Shown in pieces: positions 23,222-35,520 of a stretch of DNA of 64,000 bases. The first letter of the stretch is position 1, and every line of letters starts with the position of its first letter. The notes beneath the pieces are model-generated. The model saw nothing but the letters and a program-made list of their open reading frames with translations, searched no databases and had not been told where the DNA came from. The DNA is from Cyanophora paradoxa CCMP329 (Eukaryota; Plantae; Glaucophyta), in NCBI GenBank assembly GCA_004431415.1, contig QPMI01000434.1, forward strand, positions 310,001 through 374,000, written 5' to 3'. The position numbers and the translations under genes are program-made.

Positions 23222-26200
23222 ATGAGTGCCCGGCTCTCGTACGTTCACTGACGCGCGGCAGTGCACGCTGGCGCGGCTGGGGAGGCGCCGGCGGAAGCGC
23301 CTTCGGCCGAGGAGAGCGTAGATTCGCCACCTGCTCGCGTCGCACTGGACAAAGTGAGTGAGGGAAGGCGCTCACTCGCGTGTGTGCGTTCTCATGCTGC
23401 TTGGATGCAGATCGACGGCGAAATTTTGTCAAGGAGCCCGGACCACGGCTCTCTGCTGATGTCGCCGCCCCGTTCGTTGTGAGCGGCCACCGGCCCCGAG
23501 TGCCCGCCAGCGGTGTACATGGCGCTGACGGACCCGCAGGGGGAGCCCGCTGAGATCGATGTCGCCTTCCAAGCTCTCGCCATCGAATAAGCTCCAGCCG
23601 CGCCCCCCGGAGGTCCGCTCGAGGACGCGCGGGGGCGCTCGATGCTGTGCCGACGGCGTCTGCAGGAGCGCGAAGCGGCTCCGGAAGAGGTTCAGGAAGA
23701 AGAAGAGGAGGAGGAGGAAGAAGAAGAAGTGCCGGACCTGGATGACGGCCGGGTCGAGGTCCTCGTCGGCGTCGGCGGCGATGAGCCGCAGCCGCTCGGC
23801 GCCGCGGAGCCCCGCGCCCCCGACGCGGGGCACGCCCCGGGAACCGAGAGCGGCTGCCGTGCGGACAGGGTCGAGGGGGACGCCGCGGCGCAGGCGCAGG
23901 AGGGGGCAGAGGATGTTCGGACGGCGTCGGAGGCGGCGGGGGCCGAGGCGTGGGGCGCGGCGCAGGCGGAGCCGTGCTATTGGGAGTACAGAGATTGGGG
24001 TGCGTGTGAGCCGTCTTCTGCACCCTTAGCGTCTTCTCGCGCGCTCACGGGACGGGCCGGCAGAGGCGAGCGGGGCGGCGGAGGTCTCTGAGTTCTTCCT
24101 GGGCGGGGAAAGCGGGCCGGTCTTCGCCGGTGGGGAGGCGGCGGCGGAGCGGCTGCGGCGCCGCGGCCCGCACGGCGAGTCGGAGGAGGGCTGGGCCGAG
24201 CTTCTCGAGAGCGCCGATCCCGCACTCCGCCGCGACGCCGCCGCCGCCATCCTCCAGTCCTGCCTGCGCCCTGCGTGCGGCGATGGCCCCTGGCTGGCGG
24301 CGGCACGTGTGGCGGCGCGGCGTTCGGTGCGGGCGGGGGCGGTGCCGGCGCTGGCGCGGTGCGTGGCGGGGACGCTGGAATCTGCGGTGCTCCGGGGCGG
24401 GCCGGCCTCCAGCGGCGGCTGCGAGGCCGCGTTTGGTGCCGTCTGCGCCTTTACAAATGCCCTGTACGCCCTCCTTGTCCTCGCGCCGGGGCCCCCGCCC
24501 GCCCCGCCGCCCTCCCCCGGCCCGGCCCCGCCGCCGCCGCCGGCGGCCGTCCCGCCCCCTGAGCCGACTGCGGATGACGAGGCGGCGCGGGAGATGGTGG
24601 GCGCCCAGCTGCGGGAGCCCCTCTGGCCGGGCGACGGCGCGCCCGTGCTGGCGACCGTCCTCATGTCGGCTCTGGAGGGCCTGGACCGGCCCTCGCCGCC
24701 GCCCATCCCCGCCCGCAAGCTCCTCCTCCTCCTCCACCGGGCCGTCCTCCTCTCCCTCGGCTCCACCGCCGCCCTCCGCGCCGCCAAGCTCGCCGCCCTC
24801 GCCGCCCTCCGCGGGCCCGGCGGCCCTCCCGCCCTTGCGCCCCTCAAGAGCCGCCCCGGGGACGCCGAGCGGCTGGAGGCCGGCTCCCTGTGGGCGGCGG
24901 CCCTCCCCGCGCCCTCCGCGCCCCTCGCCGCCGCCACCGCCCTCCTCCGCAGCTCCCTCCACCTCCCCTTCGCCGCGATCCGCCGCGCCCTGCCCGACTC
25001 CGCCCCCGACACCGACGCCCCGCGCCGCGCCGCCACCGAGGTCCGCCCCGCCCCGCCCTCCCCTTCCCGCCCGCTCTGCAGCGCTCCGGGCGACCCGCGA
25101 GCGACCGAGCAGGTCGTTTACGCGTCCGCGATGGGCGGGGGCGGCCGCCACGTGCTCCTACTCCTCAAGCTCCTCCTCGCCGCCTCCTCCGCCGTCCGGC
25201 GCGCCCTTGACCCTCCCTCCCTTCCTTCCGTCCCATTCTTTCGGCTTAAACCAGGATTTGCAGGAACTACAGCGGCAGCATAGACCTGCAGGCCGAGCTC
25301 TCCCTCGCCCGCCGCCTTGCCCCCTCGTGCGTTGTTATCTCTGTCGCGCGTGATCCGCTCTCTTCCTTTCAAATAGCGCGCAACGCAGGGAGCCTCCTCC
25401 GCGCCCACAAGAAGGTGCCTTGCGTGCGTCTCGCTTCCGCCGCGCGGAGTCGTTGAGGCGCGGGTTGCAGGGGCGCCCGGCGAGCCTACAGCCGCCCCGG
25501 AAGCGCCCCGAAGCTCCAGCTCCGGTGGGGCGCCCTCCGGGACGTGCGACGCTCCCCCGGAGGAACTGGGCGCACACAAGGCGCGTCCGCTGCCCTCCAC
25601 TGCCCCCCGCTGCTCCTTTGCCGCCTCCGACGCCTCTTTGCCTCCTAGGAGCTCGTCGTCAAATCCGTCTCCGCCCTCCTCCTCCTCTATCTCAAGCACT
25701 TTCGCGCCACGGGTGCGCCCCGCCACACCGATAAAGAGATCGGTGTGTACCCACACCTACCCCCCGCTGCAGACGAGGCGATGGGCGAGCGGATGCGGGA
25801 GCTCCTCTTGCAGGCGAGTGCTCGCGTGGCGCACGGTCCTACTCCCATTCCACCTCACGCCGGACGCTCGCGCAGGCCAACGCAGTGATCCTGTTGCTGA
25901 AGGCGCGCCGCGCGGTAGTCCCCCGCCGGGGACGGCGCCCTGACCATGCCGCCGCAGGTTGCGCACCTAGACGTCCTGCAGCGGACCAAGCGGCCCGCTC
26001 CGCCGCCCGCCCTCGAGTGTGTCCCCTACCCCGTGCCTCTTTCATCTTTCAACCTCTTACGCCCCGTTCCTGCAGCTGCTGCTTCGTGGATGAGGAAGGC
26101 CACGTACCCGCCGAGCGCCATGTCGCCCACGGCTCGCCCATCTCTCCCCTCTCTGCGCTTCTCCGCCCCTCTTACTCTTCTTTCCCGCAGCGGCGACCCC

Positions 26201-27040
26201 CGGCGGCTCGTGGCGGGCGCACTTTGCCACCGGCAAGCCGCAACCCGCGGCTGGCCCGCGGCGATTTTGCGGCTGACGCCTCCACAGCAAACGTGCTGCG
26301 GGTGTTGCAGCGCGTGACGAAGCGCAGCGAAGATGGCACACGTGCACTCGCCCAGTGCAAAGCTGCAGTGCGTGCAAATACCTGAACACCCCGTGCCGCC
26401 CTTCATTTGAGCGCCCCGCAGGGCGTGTTGAAGCGAGCAGCGGAATGGGGCGAGGGGGACGTGCAACTCTACGCCCTCAAGCTGGTATCCCTGCCGCTCC
26501 CGCATCCGTACCCTCCACTGAGACGGCGCGCTGCAGTTGAAGGGACAAATCAGAGAGCAGGGCCGCAAGTGGCGCATTGTGCGTGCTCTGAACCGCCCCC
26601 TTTTCAGATCTTTTCTTCGTTCAGTAATACTGGCCGCAGACGAACATGCACCTCATCACGGCCATCTACGAGCGGGTCCGGCTGGATCTAGCCGATCCCT
26701 GGCTATCTTATCCCCCGGCCTCGCCGGTGCCTGCGCCCCAAGGCCAGGTGCGCGTTATGATCAGGAAAGGGCTTCTGTCTCTTACTCCCGCGATGCCCAG
26801 GCACCGCCGCAGCTTGCGGCCACGCAACCGCCGCCCCCACCGGAAGCGCCGTCCCTGCAACAGCCGCCAGTGCGGGTGTGGTGCTCAGAGTGCGCGGTGG
26901 AGCTGCGGGCTACGCTGGTGCAGGTGGGCCAGGCTGGGCTGGGGCCGCATGGCCCCACGCTGACGTGCCTGCGGTGCATGGCGCGGCTCCTGGAGCTCGA
27001 AGCCCGCGGCATCGTGCAGCTCCCGCAGATACAGAGCTAG
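23222..27040 (+). CDS. Striatin-interacting protein STRIP/FAM40/Far11-like (multi-exon; start uncertain)
   Basis: VLLLLKLLL; C-terminal VQLYALKLLKGQIREQGRKWR..NMHLITAIYERVRLDLADPW matches the remembered FAM40 C-terminal motif. Confidence 0.7.
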
Positions 27041-27142
27041 CTCTGTGCCGTCCGACGGCATCAAAAATTGACTCCAACCAAACCGTTGAACTGCGCGCAA
27101 AAAGAAAAAATGCAGCTCGAGCCTTAGCACTCACTGCGGCAG

Positions 27143-27276
27143 GTCCGGGCTATATAGCTACTAGGCTACACTGTGACAAGTGTGGGAACGTACACTGCGG
27201 CCGCTGCAGCCGCGGGCCCACTGGGCCAGCCCACCAGCTACTAGGCTAGCTGGCCAGCCGGCCCGGCGGGCCCTGC
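27143..27276 (+). repeat. Family-B dispersed repeat, copy 2 (with GCTA-rich insertions)
   Basis: GTCCGGGCTA[insert]CAAGTGTGGGAACGTACACTGCGGCCGCTGCAGCCGCGGGCCCA..CAGCCCACCAGC. Confidence 0.8.
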
Positions 27277-27759
27277 GTCACACGGCGTACGCGAGGCTCC
27301 TACGGACACTCTGTCAGCCTGGCAGGCTGGCTGGCTATAGCTATATATAGCTATAATTATAATAGCTACCGTACAGGCTGCGATACATATATATATATAT
27401 ACAGGTGCCCGCACGGCGTGGTGCTGCATTGCGTCTTGTGCACGTGGCGGCGGGGGTCGTCTTGGGGCAGCCGCCGGGCGCCGCGGCGCCGCGCGGCGGG
27501 AGCCCCTAGGCCTACGGGCCCTGCCAGGCTGGGGGGCCAAGTCAACCTTCGATTTAATTTTCAAAAAAGTTTCGCGGTTAATTTCGCGAAGGTGGGGTAC
27601 AGGTTTCTGACATCAAAGACAGGCCGCACTAAGTGAACGCTTGCCGCTCCTTACGGCTGTGCGTGTGCATTCGAGTCCGCATTCGTCCAGTGCACCGCAA
27701 ATCCCCCGCGGCGTGGACAGGGCAGCGCTAGCGGCGTACGTGGCAGCAGCGGACCGGAG

Positions 27760-29597
27760 ATGTCGTCTGCAGGCGCCAGAACGTCGTTTCCACGTGCCGG
27801 TTTCGCGGCGGCCGCTCCGCCTGCACCGGCCGCTCCTTGTGACGTCCTGCAGCCACGCCGCCTCAAAAACGCCGCCTGCGGCCCGCCGGGGGGCGTCGCC
27901 CGGCCCGAGGCCGCCTCCGAGAGGCCTCCCGACGCCGGCGCCTCCTGCCGGCGCGAGCACGGCGGCCGTCAGCGGGCGCCGGCAGCAAACCGAAGCAGCA
28001 GCCGTGCAGCCGGCTTTAACTCCGCGTTTTGTGAACGTCGGCCAGCGCCGCCGCTGGCTGCGCGCTGGCGATCCCCCGTGACGTTCAGCAGCCCTTGTTT
28101 CGAAACGGTTGCCTCGCTCGGCTCGATACGGTGCGTCAATCCGTCGAAGCCCGAGCTCTGTGAGCTAAAACAATTCTCTATGATTCGATTGTGTGCTTGC
28201 GCCAGGTCTCGCATTGCATCACTTCATTCCACGCGAAAATTAACAGAGGCCGTCCGCGTCGTCGCTCTGGTGACGCTGTTTGGCACTGTTCTGGTAATTG
28301 CATCTCAGAAATTTACCGCGCGTTTCTGCGCGAACAGGCGAAGGTGCATCGAGCGCAACAGACAGTGCAATTAAGGTTCAGTCTGCTTTCATTTGTCGTG
28401 TTCCAGATACACCCAGACAATCGACGCAGGCGGCCCTTCGCGAGAGAGATTCTACGGCTGCTTTTTCGACTTACACGCAGGCTAGAGTTTGAAGGTGCCT
28501 TCACCAGCTATGCTCTCTCCGGATCCCGTGCAACTGACACAGTCCCACAGGACTCGACTCACCGTTGTTATGTGAGAATCCAGCAATACAGCGAGTGCTC
28601 TTGGTGGTTATCGGCGCGGATCGCGGTCTTTGTGGGAACTACAATTCCCTGCTGGTCAAGCAATTTGTGCAACGTGCAAGTGCTCTCGATGAGAACGAGG
28701 TGGAGTACGATGTGATTGTCATTGGCTCAAAGGTCAGTTTGTGCCTGTTGACGCTTGCAGCGACTCATTTCAAATATATCGTGATTGCAGGCCGAATCTT
28801 TCGTCATGAGACGGGACTATCATGTCGTCACATCTTACTCTCAGCATGTGAGTGACCTCCAAAGTCAAAATGATGAGGATTAATTCCTTGCACTGCGCAT
28901 GCGGCAGGAATTCGCACACCCTTCCATGCAAGTGTTGAATGAGCTATCGCTCCTTGTATTGGAGGCGTATGCAAATGGTTTCAATCGTGTAGAGGTGTGC
29001 TACAGTCGCTTCATCAATGCTGTTGCGTGCAAGCCTGTGATTCAGACGTGCGGGATACTGCACTTCATGATGTGTCAAGTAGTTGTGCTTATGCCATCCA
29101 CCATCTACAGGCTCCTTCCCCTTCGCCTGGAAGATCTGCAGACACTGGCTGATCAGGAGATGCTTCAAGATGTTGGCCAGGTCTGCGAGGCGCGCGGCTG
29201 GCCTAGTGACATGGCCTTGGGATCCTCCGTGATCTGCATGCGCAGACGGCCAATGATGTGATCACTCATGGCCGTGGCATGTTTGATAAAGACCTGCAGG
29301 AAGAAGATCTACTGGAATATCTGGACTCTCTGGTGGCTTTGTACGTGCGTGCACAGGTACATGCAGCTTGCATTTTTGCTTCCCTTGCATTCTCTAATCT
29401 TCCCTCAGCTGCTCCGGATGATTTGCGAATCTTCTGCCAGTGAGCTGTCATCAAGGATCACAGCTATGACGTTCGCCTGCGAGAATGCGACACGAGCCAT
29501 CAATCAAGCGCAAATTGCTCTAAACAGGCAACGACAGGAGGCGATCACGATGGAGATTGCAATGTTGTCCGCAAACTTCGGTCTGCATGAACAATGA
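27760..29597 (+). CDS. atpC: Divergent plastid/cyanobacterial-type ATP synthase gamma subunit with a transit-peptide-like N-terminus
   Basis: RKLTEAVRVVA, AKVHRAQ, RPFA, VLLVVIGADRGLCGNYN, PVIQTLLPL, SELSSRITAM..A..NA, NRQRQEAITMEI. Confidence 0.85.
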
Positions 29598-29606
29598 TGC
29601 CATGTG

Positions 29607-29744
29607 GTGCGCATGCCGCGCGCCCGCGCCTCGCCCCAGCAGCCCTCTGATCGCAGCGCTGCTGCTCCTGCCACCTGCAGCAATTTCGAGATGGTACGCA
29701 ACACATCTCGCAGGCTTTTATTCCACCCTGACGCGCGCGGGCAG
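29607..29744 (+). repeat. 138-bp copy of the intron-microexon-intron block at 32175-32312
   Basis: Five mismatches counted over 138 nt; begins at GTGCGC and ends at AG. Confidence 0.92.
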
Positions 29745-29903
29745 AGCACGAACACTGATGATGAACATGAACAGCTTCGTTTTAATAGTTACAGTTGCAG
29801 TAGTTTCCTTCCTCCTCGAATTTGACACTCACAGATACATGGTAACAATAGCTTTACTTTAATAGCCACAGTAGTAAAAAAAGGTAGGACAGGGAAACTA
29901 CTT

Positions 29904-29942
29904 TAGGTAGGAGGTCCGGCGCGCCCGTAGCGTAAAAAGAGC
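29904..29942 (+). repeat. Family-A element, copy 3 (5'-truncated)
   Basis: TAGGTAGGAGGTCCGGCGCGCCCGTAGCGTAAAAAGAGC. Confidence 0.9.
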
Positions 29943-30199
29943 ACACCGTGCCCTGCGATATAATTGCGAATCGCCAGGACTCTCCAAGTTTCCCGCGGAT
30001 GCCGGGAATCGAGTGTTCAGAGACCTCACTTCTTCCGGAGCCCGGTCGGCAGAAGCGAAGGAGTCAGGAACAGGTAGCCAGTTAAAAAGCAGGTCGTGCT
30101 GAACGCTCTCCTGGCCGAATGGGGCCGTCCAGAAGGCAGAGACTCTGAGACTCGAATCGGGTTGCCAAGTTGAATTTCGGTCTGCCAGGGCTGAGTATG

Positions 30200-30356
30200 G
30201 TACTTGCAATTTCAGACACGACCAACGACATCTGGACTAGCCCTAGTAGCTGTTTGGCTAGCAGTGGGCCGCCGGTCGAATCTATGCATATGGGCTCGAA
30301 TCTATGCATATGGGCATTAGGTAGGAGGTCCGGCGCGCCCGTAGCGTAGAAAGAGC
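30200..30356 (+). mobile_element. Putative mini non-autonomous element: 21-nt candidate left end (30200-30220) plus family-A copy 4 (30318-30356)
   Basis: GTACTTGCAATTTCAGACACG is identical to 60820-60840, and the 39-nt right part is identical to 61246-61284. Confidence 0.6.
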
Positions 30357-31582
30357 ATATGGGCTCAGTCAGACACTACGAGATCGAAACCTAGGTCTAC
30401 TTACCCTACGGGCTTAAGATCATAGGATCAAAGGTGCGGGCCGTGCCCGGAGGCTCGCCCGTTCCCGCCATGGACTGGCCGCTAAGGGAGAGGAATGCTG
30501 CCCGAGGGGGCCGAAACCCCCACGAGCCCCGGACCGGGAGACCGGTACCGGGGGGCCTCCCCCGCTCCCGAAGGTGCGTAAGGTGGAGCCGCATCGCGCC
30601 GCGTCGGATCGAAGCTGGGGTGCTGGCGCCATCGCAATCCGTGCGGATCGCCTGCGCGACGCCGCGCGCGCGAAATTAAATCAAAATTTTAAACGAAATC
30701 GAAATCGAAGGGATCCGGAGCGCACTGGTGCCCAATGTGAGTGCTGCTCGCCGAAGAGCGCACAGAGGGATTGGGTGGCCTGCCAGAGCGGGGCGCGTGT
30801 AGACCCATACGAAACCCCGGCAAAGGGGCGCGCAGGACCCTGCGCGCGCGACGTCGGCGCTCGACCGCGATCGCGAGCGCCAGAAGCTTAAAAAAGAGGC
30901 AAGCTTGAATTTAAACAAGCTCGATCGCGCGCGCGCGCGCTGCGCATGCATATGCGCGTACCTGAGCGCGTACCTTGCAGGACGTTCTCGTTCGCCTCTT
31001 CGACGACCCCGCACCAACGGCGGCTCACCAAGCGCAGCGATGCCTGGGCACCAGAAGATGAGCCCAAGAACATCGTCCGGCAAGTCTTAAGCTTGCGCAT
31101 TAAAATATTACGGCAGGCGCTCTCGGCGCGCGCTCAACCACGAGCGCGCTCTCGATCACCTCACAAGGGTGCGCTTCTCCGCGTGGCCGCTGGAGCTCGC
31201 GATTGTACTTCTCGAAAAATTCAACAATCCGCGTTCCGGGGCTGTCCCGGATCACGATCCAGCGCTAGTTGCGATCGCAGCGGGCTCCCGCGGTCCACGA
31301 AAGATTGATCGCTAGCCGCAGATCGAGCGTTGGCGTCGGGGCCGTGCGCGCCCGGCGTGCTCTGCTGGGGTGCACTCGAGCTGCGGCGCTTCGCCCCATG
31401 GCCACCTAATCCGAGAAGCTGCCAGGCCAGCCGCATGCACAAAGCACTCGAAACAAGCTCGTTCGCGGTAGAGCGAGAGCGAGCGGTGAGCTGCGAGGCA
31501 GTGCGAGGCTGCGAGCTGCGAGCTGGGGTACAGCGGACAGAGTCTAAGCTCCGTGCAGCACCGCCGCCAGCCCTCCGCTGGG

Positions 31583-34500
31583 ATGCTCGCGCCTCAGGAG
31601 GAGGTCCTCCTGCGAGCCGTAGGATACGAGGGCAACACGTTCGCGCGCCTCGCCAACAAATTCAACTCGCTCTGCAAGAATGGCGGGCAGCCGGGGGTCA
31701 ACCTGCCTTGCTTCACAGCATTCGTGATTCGTCGCGGCGCACACGGTATGCTCTGCGACCCAGCGCCTCCAGATCCCATTCGACGCCGCGGCCGCAGAGA
31801 GCAAGGCTGCGCGGTACTTCCGCGCGGGGCACCGCAACGGAGGTCCGCCCGACTCGCCGCTGGCTGCGAATGAGTTTTGTTTTGTCGTCGCGGCGCTCTG
31901 GCCCCTCAAAAACGCCGGTTCGTCTTGTTCAATTTTCCTTGATGGCCGACTTAGCTTCCCGCCTCCCGCTCGCAGAATACTCGCCGTACAGGGGTGCGCC
32001 GTGCCGCTTTGTCATGTGGCGTCGAGTGCTGATCGACGACTTCGCCGCAGACGAGTGGCGGAGGCTGCGTGCCTGCTACGTGTTCGACTGCTACGATGTG
32101 CACTTCCGCGGGCAGCTCGGCCCCCCCGAGCTCCAGGAGATGTGCCACGACCTTCTCCAGAAGCGCGGCGAGAAGTGCGCATGCCGCGCGCCCGCGCCTC
32201 GCCCCAGCAGCCCTCTGATAGCAGCGCTGCTGCTCCTGCCACCTGTAGCAATTTCGAGATGGTACGCAACACATCTCGTAGGCTTTCATTCCACCCTGAC
32301 GCGCGCGGGAAGATCCCGAGCTTCGTGAAGGAGCTTCTAACGAACGTGTTCAAGAAGCCCAGCGACGGTGCGATCTCGCGGGACGAGTTCGTTCGCGCTG
32401 TCGTCTCGAACGAGCTGCCCGTGCGCCCCCCTCGGAACCTCCCTTAGCTAGCCTCGGCGTGCGACGCCCGGCTCCCAGGGCGTCTCGTTCCTCTTCCGCC
32501 TTTCCAAATCGCCGTTCTGCCCCCGGACGCGCTTCCGCTGGCTCCGCGACGCCACAAAGGTCCGCCTGGAGCGCTTCGACCCTGCCACCGTCGGCCTCAA
32601 CATCGGTGCCCTCCCCTGCCTTCCGCCACGCCCTGGCTTGCGCGCCTCGCCCCTCCCCGCCTGCGGCTTAGCATGCTGCAGGCTACGAGACGCGGTCGGG
32701 CCCGGCCCGGCTCATGCCTTCGAACGCGGCCATTGCCGACATTCTCGTGAAGACTCTTTCTGCCGAAGCTGTGCGCTCGCTGCCTTGCACCCCGCCTACT
32801 CCTCCTGCCCCCACTCGACGACTCGAGGGCTGTTGACGCGAACGCCCGGCAGTCCGCGCAAGCGCTGCGCGAGCGCATCCTCGAGACGGCTCCCTCCGGT
32901 GCGCCGCGCGGCCGGCCCCGCCGCCCCGCCCGCCCCTCCCTGACCGCCGCGCCGCAGTGCACGATCAGCCGGGCAAGCGCTTCGACGACGCGCACCAGAC
33001 GATCCTGCACCTGCTCCAGCCGCGCCCTTCCCACCCCGACTGGGGCTTCCAGCCTTTCACCCTCTCTACTGTGCTCAGCCGCGCTGCGAAGTTGCCCCCC
33101 GCGCCCCGCTCATGGCCGCGCAGGCCACTCTTGAGAACCTCTGCTTGCAAGCCCGCAAGATTTTCGAAGCCGAGGCGCGTGATGTCGTGCCCACGGGAAG
33201 CTCGGTTCCGCCTAACGCTGTACGCCACGCAGGCGAACATTCTGTACCTCGACTCGGCTCCCATCCGCATCTACGGCGACATTCACGGCCAGTGCGCCGA
33301 CTCTCCGCCGCCGACGTCGCCGCCCGGTCGCGCCTCACGCGCGCGGGGCAGGTACGAGGACCTGCTGCAGTTCTTCCACGCGACCGGGTACCCCGTCGAC
33401 TTCTGCCCCAACGGCGGTCCGGCCGGCCGCGCCCTCCCTCGAGCGTCCGCCCCGCCTAATGGCCCCGCCAGACATCATGTACATGCAGTACCTCTTCATG
33501 GGAGACTACGTTGACCGTGGCTGCTACTCCCTCGAGGCGCGCCGCCTCCGCGCCGTGCTCGCCGCCGCCGCGCCTGACCCCGCTCGACCCCGCGCCCGCC
33601 CCGGCAGGTCGTTGCTCTCCTCTTCGCGCTCAAGATCCGCTGTGCGCTTGCCGTGCGCTGCCCGCACCCGTGGCGTGGCTTACGGAGCGCCAGATCCGCG
33701 CCGGATATTCTTGCTGCGGGGCAACCACGAGGACCGTGACGTCAACACGATCTACGGGTTCCGGCAGGAGTGCGAGGCGCGTCCGTCCTCCCGGGTCTCC
33801 CGGCGCCGTTTTTTGGCGGCCTGCGGCTTACGTGCGCTCCGGAGAACAGGAGCGGCTGGGCAAGTCGGACGGGGCGCGGATCTGGGAGCTCGTGAACCAG
33901 GTCTTCGACCAGCTGCCCATCGCCTGCATCATCGCCGGCGCCATGTTCTGTGTGCACGGCGGCATCGGCCGCGTCAAGAACCTCCTGCAGGCCCGCCAGC
34001 CCCCGTCCTCGCCCCGCCTCGCCTCGCTCGCCGCCGAGCCGGAGGCCCGCAGGTCTTCTCCATCCCCAAGGGCAAGTCGGTGATGCAGCTGCTGCGGGAG
34101 AACATGCGCGCGGAGGCCGAGCTGCTGCAGGCGCGGCCGCCCCGCCCCGTCCCTGCCGCACCCTGCCTGCTGGCCCCTTCCTGACCGCCCCGCAGGACCT
34201 GCTGTGGAGCGACCCGACGCCGGGCGACAGGGACGCCGGAATCCAGGTGCGCTGTACCCCCTTTCAATCGCCTTCCCGCCCCCGCGCGCTCCGCGCCGAA
34301 GCGGGGAGCAGCAAAGCCAGCGGGGGCCCAACACGTGCTACTTCGGGCCGGACATCGCCCGCGCCTTCCTCACGGAGAACAACCTCCAGGCGCGCCCAGC
34401 TTTCCGTTCACCGCCCGGGTTTCTGTCGTCTTACTTTCGCCTTGCATCGTTCCAGTTTATCGTCCGTGCGCACGAAGTGGTCCCAGACGGCGTCGACTGG

Positions 34501-34849
34501 CACACAGGCGCGCCCCGCTCCTGGGGCGCCTCACCCGCCTCTCTCTTCCTGACGCCACCCACAGGCGGCCGAGTCATTACTGTCTTCTCGGCGACGAATT
34601 ACTGCGGCCGGGACAACAACAACGGCGCTGTTCTCGAGGTCTGCAGGCGGCGCCGCGGTGCTCGATCGCGCCTCTTAGGCCCCGTCCCTCCGCAGGTCAG
34701 TCTGGCCGACGAGTACGATGCCGACGGGCGGAAGCAGGTCCGCAGATCTTCGGGAGGCGCCCCCGTACCGTCGTCCGCGTCTCACCCTCGCCGCAGGGGT
34801 TCCTGCAGGCGAAGGTCCTCTCTGCTCCCGCTGGCGCAGGAGACGACGG

Positions 34850-34881
<32 letters not shown>

Positions 34882-35253
34882 GCCCCCCCCCCCCCCCCCT
34901 CCCTCCCCCCTCCCTCCCCCTCCCCCCCCCCTCTCTTAACGAACGCGAACACGGCGCGCAGGGAGCCAATGTCGCCTCGGACGCCCGGCTCCTCCGTATC
35001 CGTCTCCACCTCCGGCCCTACGCGCTCCGCCAGCCCCGGACCCCTCCCCTCCGCCCAGCGCCCGGCGTCCCCGTCCGGCTCGAACCAGCAGATCACGAAG
35101 GCGAAGGGCCTCTGGATGGTTCGCCCCTTCGGCCCGCCCAGCCCGAGCCGCCGCGTGTTTGAATCCCTTGCGCAGGACATTCCGAACCGGAGCCCGACGC
35201 CCCCGCGTCAGCGTTCGACCGAGAAGGACCTTGACGCTGACGCCCTCGCATAG
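31583..35253 (+). CDS. PPP-family Ser/Thr phosphatase with N-terminal EF-hand-like motifs
   Basis: GDIHG, GDYVDRG, LRGNHE, VHGG, DLLWSDP, RG, RAHE, FSATNY; EF-hand-like FDCYDVHFRGQLGPPEL and DGAISRDEF. Confidence 0.9.
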
Positions 35254-35520
35254 CCCCGCAGCCCTGGGCTTGCCTTCCCCCACGTACTTCACATTCTTCA
35301 TTAGCACCTAACCCTCAGCCCCGCCCCCTCGCGCTCTTCTTCATAATGCAATTAAGCGTAGAGCACCTGCTGCCGCTGTATTGCTCGGGCCATGGAGACT
35401 GCCACAGGAGCACTTCGTACACAAGGGCTAGACGAGAGGACGAAGGGGACTAGGGGTCACAGGATCTGTCGCACAATTGTGCGCCGTGGGGGCTGGGAGG
35501 GGATACTGCGTTTAAACCGC

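Noticed and set aside
30960-31100. F-box-like peptide LPDDVLGLIF on the - strand
   Set aside because: Too short and no coherent gene model could be built
34853-34931. Long poly-C/poly-G tracts (also 7589-7620, 9525-9570, 12758-12926, 44576-44719) producing poly-Pro/Gly ORFs
   Set aside because: Mostly intronic simple repeats of unreliable length; no evidence of function
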